Shown here one piece after another: positions 19,801 to 32,200 of a DNA stretch of 64,000 nt (its first letter is position 1; the number at the start of each line of letters is the position of its first letter). The translations under genes were made by a program, and so were the position numbers. The stretch covers positions 9,812-73,811 of IMG/VR virus record IMGVR_UViG_3300050509_000509; one strand, given 5' to 3'. This DNA comes from a virus (Duplodnaviria > Caudoviricetes). The notes under the pieces are model-generated. The model saw only the letters and a program-made list of their open reading frames with translations, was not told the DNA's origin and searched no databases.

Positions 19801-20280
19801 GATATGTGTTGGCTTCTCAACATTCAGACCCGCTTGTGCATCCACTATATAATCTTCCATGTCATTATGTACCATGAAGTCAGCAGCCATATCTATTGAT
19901 ATGTTTATACCTACTGTAAATCCCATCTCTGAGATGAGCCCGGCGATTACGTCGTTTAGAGTGGGTGCTGTATTTCCTTCGAGCCAATCTTTAAGTAGGT
20001 CAATTTGTTCTTTGGGAGCTCTTGTCTGCAGTAGCTTACGGAAAAATACCTCAGGTCGCTTTTCTGCCTTATAGAAGCGTTCGAACCATCCTTCGACAGG
20101 TGGCTGCATGAGAGCATTAACAATTTGCAAACCGTAATTCACTCCCTGCACACTTGGTGTGTAATTGTTTGGATCTGGAATCTGCTCGCCGTGACGAATG
20201 AATTCCGAGAATGCATTATACAAACCTATTTTGCCCACCAATTCTTGCCATTGTGGTGAGTTCACGTTCGGACAAGCCAT
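13876..20280 (-). CDS. Large virion cargo (polyvalent) protein, 2134 aa
   Basis: Follows the virion RNAP gene as in crAss-like phages; degenerate zincin (EEAMH) and PD-(D/E)xK-like (GTVDLIAI...VLQFK) motifs. Confidence 0.7.
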   Translation of the reverse strand: MACPNVNSPQWQELVGKIGLYNAFSEFIRHGEQIPDPNNYTPSVQGVNYGLQIVNALMQPPVEGWFERFYKAEKRPEVFFRKLLQTRAPKEQIDLLKDWLEGNTAPTLNDVIAGLISEMGFTVGINISIDMAADFMVHNDMEDYIVDAQAGLNVEKPTHIYSVIDSDGNTMFKTDSLPEAEKETERLNDSRKLRPTQYYENISVRGGTNYREIEIRTPEIVPIVQGHGQFASRHGIGWFRSDDKVFVPADKNFYAMYKREKGVEGEYEDIVHEDDFQEWVEGKQREAAKIEAAQAKTRRILEIQSDMFQKSRKEKDLAGEFLKVTAKSRIRELDEAAQGKTEIEFDGYLYEKRTSRYPGGGDDIHVDIDWFRIRKVGLNPENNFLQLLNIDNNWVKFFVRSIIQDSARKEYKRVRFPTGNTASKIQGHDTVETFITEREDRIARLDREIKHIEELQEKLKDAETNGFENQVFKFIVKGSEYFYQQLDGDQTITDIPKSFFDSQLEKLRDTLQESLGSSLLEKQAFEREVEDLRGPDGVQKFSAIAKFYEADIYNILRKQGLKPERVKDEYDNEWFEVSIDPKKAAKPIFLQQGSQTIPGRASAQTIARVEEFLDRIGVTVRTADGFIMNGKKVNINGIAYPLEGLIYVVNGKQDVALTEEAMHVAVEIVEQTNPALFKEMMNSIGSYNIFSDVVAEYRHMGFYQNKDGSPDIVKLKKEAIAKVLAATIVDRAQDINERPDFLVRTQTWWQKILDWLKILFNRAGMNPFESLASDILTGKEIGKVSDLTGDKSAGREFLQVDEDLYSKLNNVHANLARTETGYELDGTEIRRTIIGEVEKFYERRLRKRTLSDIAQANQDFREETEGRAKEDIQSILDRYIDDNGALRDNPLEQTIPSVLDPYNSTFYNTLEGAIAERLRAYPAGTRFLKKVNILDDKTNMAGTVDLIAILPNEDIDVLQFKVPGLTGLRRDIPTWVQEAYNIEIEAIRRILQNGYGVPRNKFRQTRAIPMRANYEYNILGEARSGLKVSSITIGGLDATLIQDDVLLPVPSLSETTGEEQFDRFLSRLRGLVRKLADERVPPDKRLEKGQRIAQLVAAIRKLQVQKKAEDIISSGRTIVRRQQEKFQKLQEKIAQTNPDEASIGELNEIADAILDEKDQVELYADMNKVFREVYTDDSEASKKYIEDARKVSDDAQDMLNRYWKMSVDFRKNKMAAKMGIRDEFTPEKQLSWYRRMIRSLSQSSLRAGAILWGLVKNINNRIDLEFQARLTRLKELEDAVDAWLRGKRVKELYRHILQIDKEGRWNGRFVQKYSRDFYSSLREAQEKTNLKWVIDNIDVDAYKAWYLEEHKRLIENAKTTRVHEDDAENQRRIVQSLQDFVNTYSISTSRGVNRNNYRLKDFPKPGKWESDEYKELLKPENKALLDLYNYWIDRLEESLESGMIDEHNGWSWFPNVRRNLLEKLTTAPGGNKLGSLFGGLRIEREDTSFGKIDPLTGKPIDEVHASFVSDLGEWVQGADGKYFLDYSEKSMDIFKVMALWEREIIKYRLRTESEGIARLLHYTEENRMAYKTKRTGGIDRDESGYPIIISNDINTRYIKEHIDAIYYNKNLSDESDVAIEIPYGTAVRRINKLLGRKVLDEPEQDTITVSGVKALNALNRFYVAKTLGLNVFTSASNLFGGTVNTYINQGRFFSKKDVLESELQLVSGRFYGPLRNQKQAGLLAMLHPYTDNVTAKDIRNRSVSWAVRWLSSDHLFFLQRGSETAVNSVIAMSHIKNAAVIDGKIVNIREYMRKQMGYQDKYSGTYEEAQEFERELDRRVEEMQESPQALLNYVNIVDDQIIIPGISNDAQTVVDFRHLMLQTSRDALGNTSREDLSLYKRSIMWQSFFMFKNWIPRMLDVRAQSLKFVPGSQKYEWGRIRMLGDALRKGALGNISNLKYYLTGSAEPLVEIARRAYKEKQREFVEQEDRLEMNEAEFIDMYIKGVRSEVKELLLALSLMGILLAVRSAEPDEGDPEVRGMYKWMLRGLDKLQDEVSFFYNPISFTNIVNGSVFPAVHLLVELERFIGTGILKGWYYMLGDRESERYAEDLKPSKYLFRMLPITKELLTYLAIFNEDIAKEYNIRVQSRYGVFR

Positions 20281-20284
20281 AACT

Positions 20285-23200
20285 CTATGAAGGTTTTATG
20301 CAGTTATCTATCTTGTTCTGTATATCATCACCGGATGGTCGACTCAGTCTGAATTCAACCTGGTAGGATCCTACGAATTTCTGATTCTTTAGATGTGCTA
20401 CTGTCCAGTTCTCTTTCTGTGACCACTGCTCCATGAATTCCTTGTTCTTCAGATCTTCCTTAGTGATCTTGTGTACATCTATCACTTCTACACTTACGAT
20501 CCTGCCATCCGGAGAACCAAAGGTGAGGGTTTTCCCCTTCATTTCCATCGCATTTGGTATATAGCCTTTTGCTACATTATGCCAATAGCTACGAGTTGTA
20601 GATGTGCGCTCTCCTTTCACTATTTGGTCAAAGGTGGTAGTATCCTTTCCTATAATATTCAGAGCTGCCGGCATAGGGAAGTCCATAGGTTCAGGTAGAG
20701 GCAAATGGTTTGGATCAGTCTCTACTATTTTTAGTGGTGCATCAGGCATGTTAGGGTCAGGAGAACGATTACCTTGGTCATCCTCGCTGGGATCATCATC
20801 GCCTTCATACTTACGCACTATATCAAATAGCATCTGATCACTAGTATTTGTAGGAAATCCTGCTCTGGATAATGCATATATAAGTGCATCATCTGTATAC
20901 TCCTGGACTTTTGGATTTAGCGGTAGCACAGAGGGTTTTGCTTCAGCATAGAACTCCTGTGTTGTAGCATCTCCCCATGCATTGATCTCTCTGAATAGTA
21001 TTCTTCCCTTTGTAACAGAAAGAGGAGCTCTTCCAAAATCTCCAAAAGTATCTACCCTTACGAACAAACGTGGGATGACACCTATGAACACTCCTTTCTC
21101 ATCTCTGAGAGGGTCGAGGATCTTGACAGCACGGAAACCTTTATACTTCCAAGCCTGTAGATTTAACACATTACCTGGCTTCTCTAACTGTGTGATCTCT
21201 TTAAGTGCTTCGGTAATCTTCGCTGATCTCAGATAGGTATAAATCAATGGAGAAGTTGGATCCTGTGGATCGAGCTGCTCCATTTCTACCTGTGGAACGA
21301 GTCTGTTATTCGTCCATAATGCCCGATAGAACGTATAATTGTTATAGAAATTCTCAAACTGCTGATTCTTAAGCGACTGCTGGGTAAATTCAGAATATGT
21401 GACGTTTGGAATCAGATGACTTATTGAATTGGAGCCACGCTTAGAGCCGCTTTGTATCAGTGCGGCAAGTACCAGGTTCTTGTATATCTGTGCTACAGTT
21501 CTATCATCAGCCTCATTGTTATTGATACTTATCACTGTGACATCATCCTTCATTTCGCGGAATGCATCTGTCCATACGTTTGAAGTATATGTATCATAGT
21601 CACGCTCCAGCAGATTTATTACAGAAGGGTATCCCTGCCTGGAGTCTATACTGGCAATAAGATTCTTGATAAAGGGATTGTTTGCCAGCCTTTTGTCATT
21701 AGACTTCTGAAGAGCACGGATATAACGGGCCACGGCTTTATCGCCAAGCATTAATGGATAGATGAAAGTATTCAGTGACTGACCGGCTATATTAGAGCGC
21801 GTCTGGATCAGGTAATCTACCATAGCCAGTTCAGCTGCAAGCAGCAGACTTCTACGCAATTGCTCGTTGAGACCAACCTGGTTAAACAGATCCCATGCAA
21901 TCTTGTCAAGGATGTCCCCCCCCTGACCTGTTTGCACTCCAATAAGTGTACGAAGGGCCCTATCCAAACGTTCTGTGCTACGCTTCATTGCACCTATAAA
22001 AGTACTACTCATCACCTTTGTTACAGGTGAGATTGGCAGACCATTGGCCTTATCAAAACGAAGCTGCTTAAGCCGTATTGCGTTTGGATCATTAAGTCTG
22101 GCAGTATCCCAGTTGTAACCCTGATAGAAGTGGAATAAATCCCATGCCAGTGCTTCGTAACCTTCATACCTGCCTACTGCCCTGTTGAAGCGAGTATAGT
22201 CATCAAGTATCATCAACTGTAACTTCTTCTGAGCAGCATTCAATTGCTCACCTTGCGCAATAGCCCTGATCATTTCTGTCATCTGTTCGATGGTATAACG
22301 CTTAGGTTTATTCTTTAATTCCTTTCGGTCTTTGCTCACTCCACCGAACTTTGCATATACACGATTGAGTAATCTCCAGTCTGGCAAACGTATTATCCTT
22401 GGATTGATGGATGAGACGGAATTGTGAATAGCTTTCAGTTTCAGGAACTCCTGTATTGAGGGTTGGTTGATATAGAGCACTGCCCATTCAGGCGAAGCAC
22501 CCATTCTTACCAGAGATAGAAAGTTCTTAAGCGTATCTGAGGTAATGCCCATTTCTGCAAGGAACTTGTCTTTTGATACGTCCACACCACCATCCGTAGT
22601 CTGTGAATTGATGTTAGAAATAAGCTTATTTGTGCCAGCTATATGAAGACCACTTAACGTGAGTTTTCCATTGATGTAGTTAGCCGCAAATCGTGCTTCT
22701 ATAGAAGGATCTTCTATTATCAGGCCACCCTGCATGTTCTGAGAAACAGCATGTGCTGTCTGAGATACAGCAGATGTGCCTACCACACCTTTCGATGCCA
22801 TGTAAGCCTGTCTCTCCTGCATCATATACATGCTGTCTACCAATCTTCCATAATCACCAAGGGAATTTTCCTGTGTGTCCAGACCTTTTATCTTCTTTAG
22901 TTTGTCACGTAAATCTTTCAGATCTGATGCATCATTAGGTGCTACCAGGCTGGCATATTTCTCAGGAAGGCTCATCAGATCCTCGATTGCATCAAAGAAC
23001 TCATTCTCCATTGCCTGCATAGTAAGCTTGCTGGTAAGGAATTCCTTTGTTTTACCAAGGAAGTCGCGCGTGATAGCCTCATCAGTGAACATGGCCATTA
23101 CAGCAGGAATGCGCATGAGCAGGTTATTTTCATCCAGATCTTCGGTTTCTTCTGCTATGATTCTATCCAACTCTTCCTTCTGCTGCCTCGTTATGACATT

Positions 23201-26200
23201 ACCTGAGTCAAGAAGCTGTCCGATATATTCTTTCGTTTTCTCGATAGATCCTTTCCATTCTACCATCTTAGGATAACCTGTCGCATTATCAACATAGAAG
23301 TTGTACAAGTACATATTGATCTTATCAATATCAAAATCAGAACCTGCTTTCACAGTAATCTCAGATGGGAATATTGCAACAGATCCCATCTGCTCAGGAA
23401 GGAAATCCTTTACTGTGAAAAAATCAATTGAGTTAGGACCTTGCGTAGGAATACGGAAACCTACACCACGTAACAATCTCTGTCCTTCTTTTGTGGTATT
23501 CAGATATTTTATCACCTCTTCTTTCGTTCTCAGAGAACCTTGTTCTAACAACTTCTTTCCAAACCAGTAAGGAAGCATTATTTCACATCCCACGGTCTTG
23601 TCCTCTCCCCGTGTATAAAACTTTAATGTATCACTTGTATATACAGGTTTCCCATTAACCATACGTTTTATTACACGTGCTCCCTTTTCCCACCCTGTTA
23701 CAGCAAGGAGCGTCTTCTGTCCACCATTTACAGTAGGACGCATGATAGTGCGGTCCATCACAGAATATAGAATATCCCTGATCTTCTTATACTGTGCGTT
23801 TGCTTCTAAGGGTTGAGCGAAGTCTCCTGTGGCTGGATCAATCTCCAAACCATATGCAATATTCCTTGGAAGCTCCCTACGCTCCAGCTCTCCGAGAAGG
23901 AATTCACTTACGCGTTGTCTATCATTGATGACTGGCTGATCATTTACCATTGTGATACCAAGTTTGCGCATTGTATCATCAACACGAGCCCATGTAAGTC
24001 GCTCTATAGCATCATCATGTCGTTTGACTTTTTTGTAGATCGCAGAAGATCTAAGTTTCTCTTTTTCTTCCAACTTGTTCCAGCTATCGTATGCCTCGTC
24101 CTCAGTAGAGAATTGCGATATATAGTCAATAGGCACACCATTGCTCATCAAATCGGCAGTAACCATCTTTCTGGCTTGCGAACCCTCTGTCTGACCTTTT
24201 GATTTCTTAGATTGCTCTACCTGCACACCCATAAATTTATGAGGGATATATTCGGGTATGGCTTTGCTGATAGCAAGTCCATTTATATTTCCATTGGTAT
24301 CATAGAGTGATACCAGACCATCTCTTTGTATACCTACTTTGTGGGCGCTTTCCATGCGTACATAGTCAATACCATCTTCCTGCATGCGATTATACAATGT
24401 GCCGAGCTTAGTGCCCTTCACCCATCTATAGAATAAGGGAGCCCAGGATGCTTTATCCAATGAGGCAAGAGCATTGCCATTTACTACTTGCATACCTGAA
24501 TGTACCAGCTTCAGGATAGGGAACTCAACAGTTGTGTCAGCAGGAGCTTTGAGTAACTCATTATCTGCAGCTCTCAGAGAGTCGGAAGTATAGGTATAGA
24601 GCCCTTCTTTGGCTCTATCCTGACGCTCCCAGGCCAATTCCCATTGGAATTGTCTCTCCTGTACATTAGTGAACCTACCACCTGATTTCCATAAGATCTC
24701 CCGGTAGGCTGTATTAGACAGGTATGCTTGAGCATCTGCTTCGTTGCCCTTTCTATAAGGCTTCGCCTTTTCAGCTCCGATTGCATCCTCTATTTCGTCT
24801 ATCTGGTTGGATTCAAAATCTATGTCAAAAACTGTGATAGTTGTAGCGAATTCTCCAAAGTGGTGCCATCCGGGGTCTCCTTCCTTGAGAAGGACCTCGT
24901 TGTTCACCATGTTTAGTGCTGTATTCGCCCACTGGTCAAACCCTTCAGAGGTTTCCAGTGTGTCGACGTGCATGACCTCTCTTCCTGAGAGGAACGATTT
25001 GATACGTTTCAGCTCATCTTTATACTGTGCAGGGTCTCCAAAGAAGAACTTATGCAGCTCAATATTATTAACGATATAGTTCATTTCACGGAAGCCCAGT
25101 AATCTTACTACTTCCGTGCGTGTAAAATGTTGTCTCTTTCCCAGGTATGTATCCAGGAAGGTTCGATCAAATCCATTTAGCCTGTACTCATTTCCATCTG
25201 TGCCTGATATGCCTATAATCTTCCAGTCAATGAGATTGTTAAGTACTGCTTCTGCTTTGCGCTCTGCAAACTCTCGAATGATAGGACGTAGCTGCTCCTC
25301 CGTAATAATTCTGTCCAGGGGATGCTCATTGTCAATCACCGAGATATGAATCTTATCGACAATCTCCTTTGGTAGAATATCTTTGAAGAAGCGTAGTGAG
25401 TTACCTACAGTCCTGTCCGCTATCTTTCTATTTAGTGCTACGATATCTGTACGATCACCATAACCTTTGGCCAGTTCCACTTCTGTGTCCAGCCAGTTAT
25501 ACATTAGTTTGGTAAGGCGTGTTATTTCATTAGAGCGACTTGAATCATCCCCAAAGAAATTCTGTGCATTTAGGAACGTGCCCGAATTTATAGCCCATTC
25601 TGTCTTGGCATCTGCAGGGAGCAACGTGTAGAACACGCCATTTAGGTTATTATTAATCTCGTACAGCTGACGTTCAGCTTCAGTAAGCTTTGAAGCTGAT
25701 CGGTTATCCTGGTTCCATGTCTCTCTTCCTTCCACTACACCCAGTTGAACTGCACGGTTGAACTTACCATCCGCATCGAAGATTACACTGTTTAACAGCC
25801 ATGAGTCTTCATGGAATATGTCGTTGAAGTATCCCATTTCCTTCTTGCTGAGGAATTCATCCCTGGTTGCTGAACTGTTCGCATCATTCAATACTGTAGA
25901 CACGAAATTATTCAGCACAAAATTGCTCGTAGGTTCATTATCCAGATTCGGGTGCTGTGACTGCGTATCATCACCTGTTATATTGGTTACATAGATTTCT
26001 GCCAGGTCGCTCAGGCGGGAGTCAAAATCCATATGCTTTGCCGACATAATAGGGATCTGAGTCTTCTCCCTGGCAGCTTTCTCTATAAGAGATTTTATAT
26101 TGTTGACTGCCTTATTGAATTTTGCCTGATCGCGGGCAGATAGCCTGTCGTACTCTTTTTTCTCTATATCAATACCTACTTTGCTCAGGAATCGTAGATT

Positions 26201-29200
26201 ATCTGCAATCCCTATCACAGATGGCGAGAATATAAATACGTTCTCTCTGCTGGCCATCACTATACCCGATCCCTTTATATCTGCTATCCAAGCTTGCTTT
26301 ATCTGATCTATCTTCGAGTTTAGCACACTGGTCTTGAAGAAAGTATTGCGCTGGAAATCCACAAACTGTCTGAAGAATTCAGGCTTCTGCTTGGAAAGGG
26401 TATTCTCCAGCGAAAGCAATAGTTTGGCCTGGTTAGGAGTCTTGCCTTCGAATCCCCTATCGAAGCTCAATCTGTTAATCAGGCGTTGTACATTCGCATC
26501 TATTGGCTTACGATGCTCCCGATCAGATGTCATCTCCTTGAGACGCTTCACAATATCATACAGCCCATTTATATTGGATGTATTGTGTAGCATATAGTTG
26601 AATACCTTCGCATATTGGACCTGTTTAGGCAGGAACATTAGCGAATTATCCCTTTTTATGCCAATCAGCTGCGGGTTACGAGCAGCTCCTATAGATGCTG
26701 CAGTTGCCTGCTGCCAGTAAGAATCTGCCATTGTAGCAATCAGCAACTTCACCTTTAGCGAAGCTGAATTCTTGGCATCAATCCTAAATATATCGCGATC
26801 ATATTCAACCTGATTTGCACTGTCTCCTACTACATCTTCTTCTACCTCTTCTGAGAAAGCAATATTTCCTTCATCATCTATCACAAACTCAACATTGAAC
26901 ACGCGCATATATCGCTTGTGTTCTCTTGTAAAAGAAGGCCAGTTATCCTTGATACGTTGCCAGTTCTCCAGTATAGATCTTATCTGGTTTCTCATAGCCT
27001 CACGATCATCATCTTTAGTCAACCTTTTATACCTATCATTGAATTCGGCAGCTAGTGTATCTCCATATTTTGGATCTGTCTGCTCGAAATAGTGAACTAA
27101 TCTTGACCGTAGCTTTTCATACAATATCCACGAAGCGGCACCTCCCCCCTCTTCTATATTGGAGACAATATCCGAGGCTTCGCGATATGCTTGCTGGAAC
27201 ATTTCTATCGTCATCCCTTGCAATACATCCTGTACAAATGCTTCAGAGAATTGCTCAAGACCTACTTCACGGAATGCAGATTCTGCTGTATCTCTGAGAG
27301 GAGTAGAGTAGTTGCGGTAATACCCCTGATTCATACGTTTGAACAGGAGATTCACATCATATTCGTCACCAAAGATGATACGTTTGATGAAATCAAGTAA
27401 TCTGCGCAGAAAGCTCTTAGCTTTTGGACCCTGTGGTAATGTGCCATTCAGCTTGTAATCACGGAACTCCTCAGCAATCTGTTCCTTCGCTTCCTTAAGA
27501 CTTGCTTCGGAAAAGTTCTTGGTCTGGCCGGTGAATGTTTTAAAAGTACCATCACGGCGCAGAAACTCATTATATATATCCTGCTGCTCGCTCCCCGAAA
27601 GGAAGTGATTCCAAATTACTTCGAATGCTTCATGGTATACAGTTCCTACTTCGGCATGCTTGTATATATATACCATCTTGTCACGTAGTGCACCCCAGGC
27701 AAATCCACCTGAAGTAGTACGTAGCAAGTGATCTGTCTGACGGATCAGAATATCATCTGGTATAATACGATGGAACTCCTTAAATTCCTCAGCGAGATTG
27801 GCTCTTTTGTAATCGTTATTAGCAGGGTTGAAAGCACGATACTGATCATCTCCTTCTTTCTTTCCTCCGTTACCACCAAGCCAGGGCATGTCATTGCCAC
27901 TATTGGTATCATCCTTCTTTATCTGGCTCTTACGTATATTATCGAGAATAATCTGCTTGACTACCTCTGGTTTTGTAAAGGGCTTAATAGGTTTGCCCTC
28001 CTCTATAATACCTACAGGTGTCAGATCTATTATATTGTCCTGGGCATCACGAACTACATCTTTGAAAACAAGTTTTACCAAGCTTCCTCCCAGATCGACC
28101 TCTACCCACTGTAGTTTTTCTGCTGCACCACCTACTCCTTGCGTCTGCGCAGCCTGTTGTGGTATGGGCTGCTGTGGTTGAATGGGGGGAGGAGTTGGGG
28201 ATGAGGTTGGCTGTCCTGACGCACGGGCGTACAGATGACTGTCAAAGTCAATTCCCTTCAGGACGGAATATTTTTGGACAATAGGTACTTCTCCTTCCAT
28301 AGGCACAACAATGTGTGTTGTCAATGGAGGTTCGCCCCTATTCTTACCATCAGGAGCTTTCGAAGAGAGTAGGTAATAGTTGTAATTCTTCCATCTGCGT
28401 GCAACCTTTACTTTACCATCATATACGTCAAGTTCAGCAAATTCAAGATCGTTTGCCTTGGGATTCCTTGCAATACGAAGTAGCTCCGAATTATTTGTTA
28501 CATGGTACAAATCATTTAGGAAATCTACTATTCTTCCCCGGTGTAAATCCAAACTGGCTGGCGCTAATTGTATAGGATCCTTTGACGTTCCTAAAAACAG
28601 GCTTGATCCATCTATTGTGATAGAGTTCGGTCCAGCCATAATACCCTTCTTTGGGTTTGCCAGGTATACTACCTTATTCAGGAATTTGAATAGAGCTGAC
28701 TTATTCTCAGTTGATGAGCGATCAGATATCACTTTCAGTAATTCGAATATATTTGCTGCTTCACTCTGTGTAAGCTTACGTGTGTTCAGGAATTCAAGAT
28801 TGCCCCCAAAATTGAGTAATGGGGTTCCGAGAGGCATATTAATACCTGCTTTTGCTGCTGATATACCCTCTCCAGATGCATTATATGCACCAAGAACAGC
28901 TACATTACCTTGTGTTGCCACAGTAATAATAGGCAGGTCCATATCTTCCTCGCGGATAAGTTTGGATTCTACCACGCTATTACGTGTATCGTAGTTTGCT
29001 ACATTCGGTCTTCCACGACTTACATAAAACTGGAAGATGGGGGTTCCTTCAACAGAATCAACAGCGAGTATTTCTGCTCTCTTCTCTCTCCACCAATCCT
29101 GGACCTTTTTCTCGTCAAGGTTCTCTTTGTTAGTATAGCGCGGACCATTCTGGAAAGTAATATCTGTTGAAGCCAGATTAGTATAGATCAAGCGGTTGGG

Positions 29201-32200
29201 ATTTGCCTCGCGTGTGATTTGGCTGAGTACATTCCCATTTTCGTCCACGTAGTAAAGCTCCCTCCCCTCTCTGAGAGCGATGATCTTATCGAGTAACTCC
29301 TCGCTCCCGGTAAGCTTAATCATTTCATCTCGGGCAGGTGTACCATAGTCAGCTCCCTCCTGAGTTAATCCTACTGCTTGCTGGTAGATGAAGTCGATAA
29401 AATCACTATTTACTTCCCACATCTTGAAAGTCCCGGGCATTTCAGGCTGCCGCTGCGTAAGAGCAGCTATGATTTCATCATGGGCCTTTTGAGGATCAAC
29501 ATTCATATCCACTACATATACTGCACGGATAGATGAATTATTCGGATCGTCGCCCTTATCAGTAATCCAATCTTCAGGAAATCCGAATAACTCCTGCGTT
29601 TTAGCTGTGATAGGAATGATTCGCAACTTCCCTTTATTCTCCTGATTGAACAGTTCAGGATTACTGCTTCCCAGATTAAACAGGAAATTCTGATGCCTGC
29701 GTTGGAAATTATCATCCGGCGTAGTACGTACGTTATATGTAGGATCTGTAGTTGAATACAGACCGAATGCAAGATCCTTCTTGTCTTCTCCAACTACTAC
29801 ATTACCAGGCTGATCGTTAGGTGGGGGAGCACTTCCATCTTTCGTTGTTGCATCATCCACCTCTTCATTAATGTCTTCTGTGAACTTATCTTCCCTGAAG
29901 AATACATCATTTGGCACAACTGCTGTTGAACCATCTTCCTTCTCTATAACTACCCCATTTGGGTTCTGACCACGTACTTTTACCCTTTCCGGGTTAACAG
30001 CTGGGTTCGGATCAATATTGACGAAATACCATGCGTCCTGATCGAATATGAACTGCTGATTCTGGGGAGATTTTACAATTACACTCGTAGGTGTCGTCTG
30101 CTGTGTAGTTGCTTTTGCTGGGGCGGGCGCAACAGGTGCAGTGGCAGGCTGAGGAGGGGTACTAGCTTTCTGCTGCTCTCTGGTTATAGTATTGAAATAT
30201 TTATTGAACCCTTCTTCGGAAGAGAGCTTTTCAAATGCTTCGTTCGCAGCTTGCTTCATTTTCTCCAACCTATTCAGGTCTATACCATATTGGATAAGCT
30301 GGTTTACTGCTTCCTGAGGGATAGTAACACGAGGTTCATCTGTCTCACCATTAGCTATAAAAGTGAGTATATCAGCAAATATTCTGGCATATTTATCACC
30401 AGAAAGTTCTTTCTCAGAGAGTGCTGACTCAAGGGCTTTTAAATGCTTATTCAAAAGGTTGGCCCTTTTGGTATCAGCCTCACGATCAGGAGAAGTTTTA
30501 TCATCCAATGCACGCTGTAATACTCCAGCTTCTTCCTTTAACCGGTTAATATATCTCTTTACAGAATCTCTGTTAGTGAGCATGCGTACTGCCTGAGGGC
30601 TCACTGCTGGTGTTATAGCTGATATGGCCAGTGCAATTGTACCTTCCCTACGTGTAGCTTCAGGTAATACACGAGCCAGATATACCAACTCGTCTTTCCA
30701 TTGATTGAATTGGTGATATTTTTCATTCTCCAGCGACTGTTCTGCATTGGCCGCACGAGATTTATATGCAAAGGGGTTAGTAAAGGTATTCTCAATCAGG
30801 TTATATGTATCTCTGATAGATATTGCTTCATTCCGAAGTGCATCTACGTATTCTGTAACAGTACGTACATTTTCAGTTGTCTTATCAAGTCCAAACGCCT
30901 TTTTGAACTCCTCATCACTCATATCCTTGAGCATATTGAGTTGTTCTATTCTAACATCGAACCTATTTGCTCTGAGACCACTTACTACGAAATTTACGAA
31001 CTGCTCATGCTGGAAGTTCTTGTACTTGAATACATCATTATTACGAGCAGCTTCTTTCATATCCTCAGCAATACGCTGAGATTTTACTGCTGCGTCATAG
31101 TTATTACGGATAGTACCTGTGATACCTTGAGAGTTTAGCAGATTAAGTACTGCCATTCTCTCCTGATCATTTCGTGACTTAGACAGCACGTTCTGTACGC
31201 CACCAGTTAATGCACCAGTGATAGCTCCAAGGAATACGCTTTCCAGGCCAGAATCTGTCCCATATGCACCTTCCATCCCCTCTGAGATGGAATGCATGAT
31301 ATTGTTCATCTGGCTGCGCGCATCCCACGGAGTTTCGTCCTTCATGTACTGTGTACCTGGGATTCCCTTATCGTAGAGATAATTTCTTACATAATAGTTT
31401 TCTGTACCAATCTGTGTAGCATATTGTCCACCTTCTTCGAAAATACCTTCACTAAAAATAGAGGGTGCTACAGGACGTATCTTACTCCATATTTTGCCAG
31501 CAACTGTTGAAGGAACCACTTTTTCAAACACATCTATTGACCCTTCTCTGAGACCTATTTGCGATGCACTCAGCTCTTTTTGTATAGATGATCGGAAACC
31601 AGCCTTTGCTGCAGTAAACGGCTTCAAAAAAGTCTCAAATTGTATTGCATTTGATATACCAAGAAGTACCAGATTGATACCAAATCTCGTATTGCCTGCT
31701 GCTTTTGCATATCTCTCTATATCTTCCAATTCTTTGCCTGTTGCAGAGTAACCATTTTCGCGCTGGTAAGCTGTGAGCAATTCCTCACGGACTGTATTAT
31801 ATCCTTCGCGGGCTTCGAATCCTGCTTCAGAGGCGGCAGATCCATATAATGCAAGCGCATAACGCGTACCATTGAGTGCTCTGGTAGCAGCAGCTGCACG
31901 TGCCAGTGATTCAAGTTGTACAAGCTGCTGAGGCGTCCGCCCCACAGCCTGTCCGAGTGCCATTAAATCTGATACCTTATCTGCGCCTGTGAATATCTTG
32001 TTTAAATATAGTGCTGCTCTACCAATCTGGTTAGCAACCAATGGGATTTCACCTATTCCTTTTGTCGCAGCAGCTACTATAAGATCTGTTGCAACAGCAC
32101 CACCAATTGCACCTATGGTAAAGCCAAGATTCTTCAGAAATTTATCACCCCAGAAGTTAGCAAAGCCCCCGGAGAAAGGGACTGCGCTCATAAAAGGATG

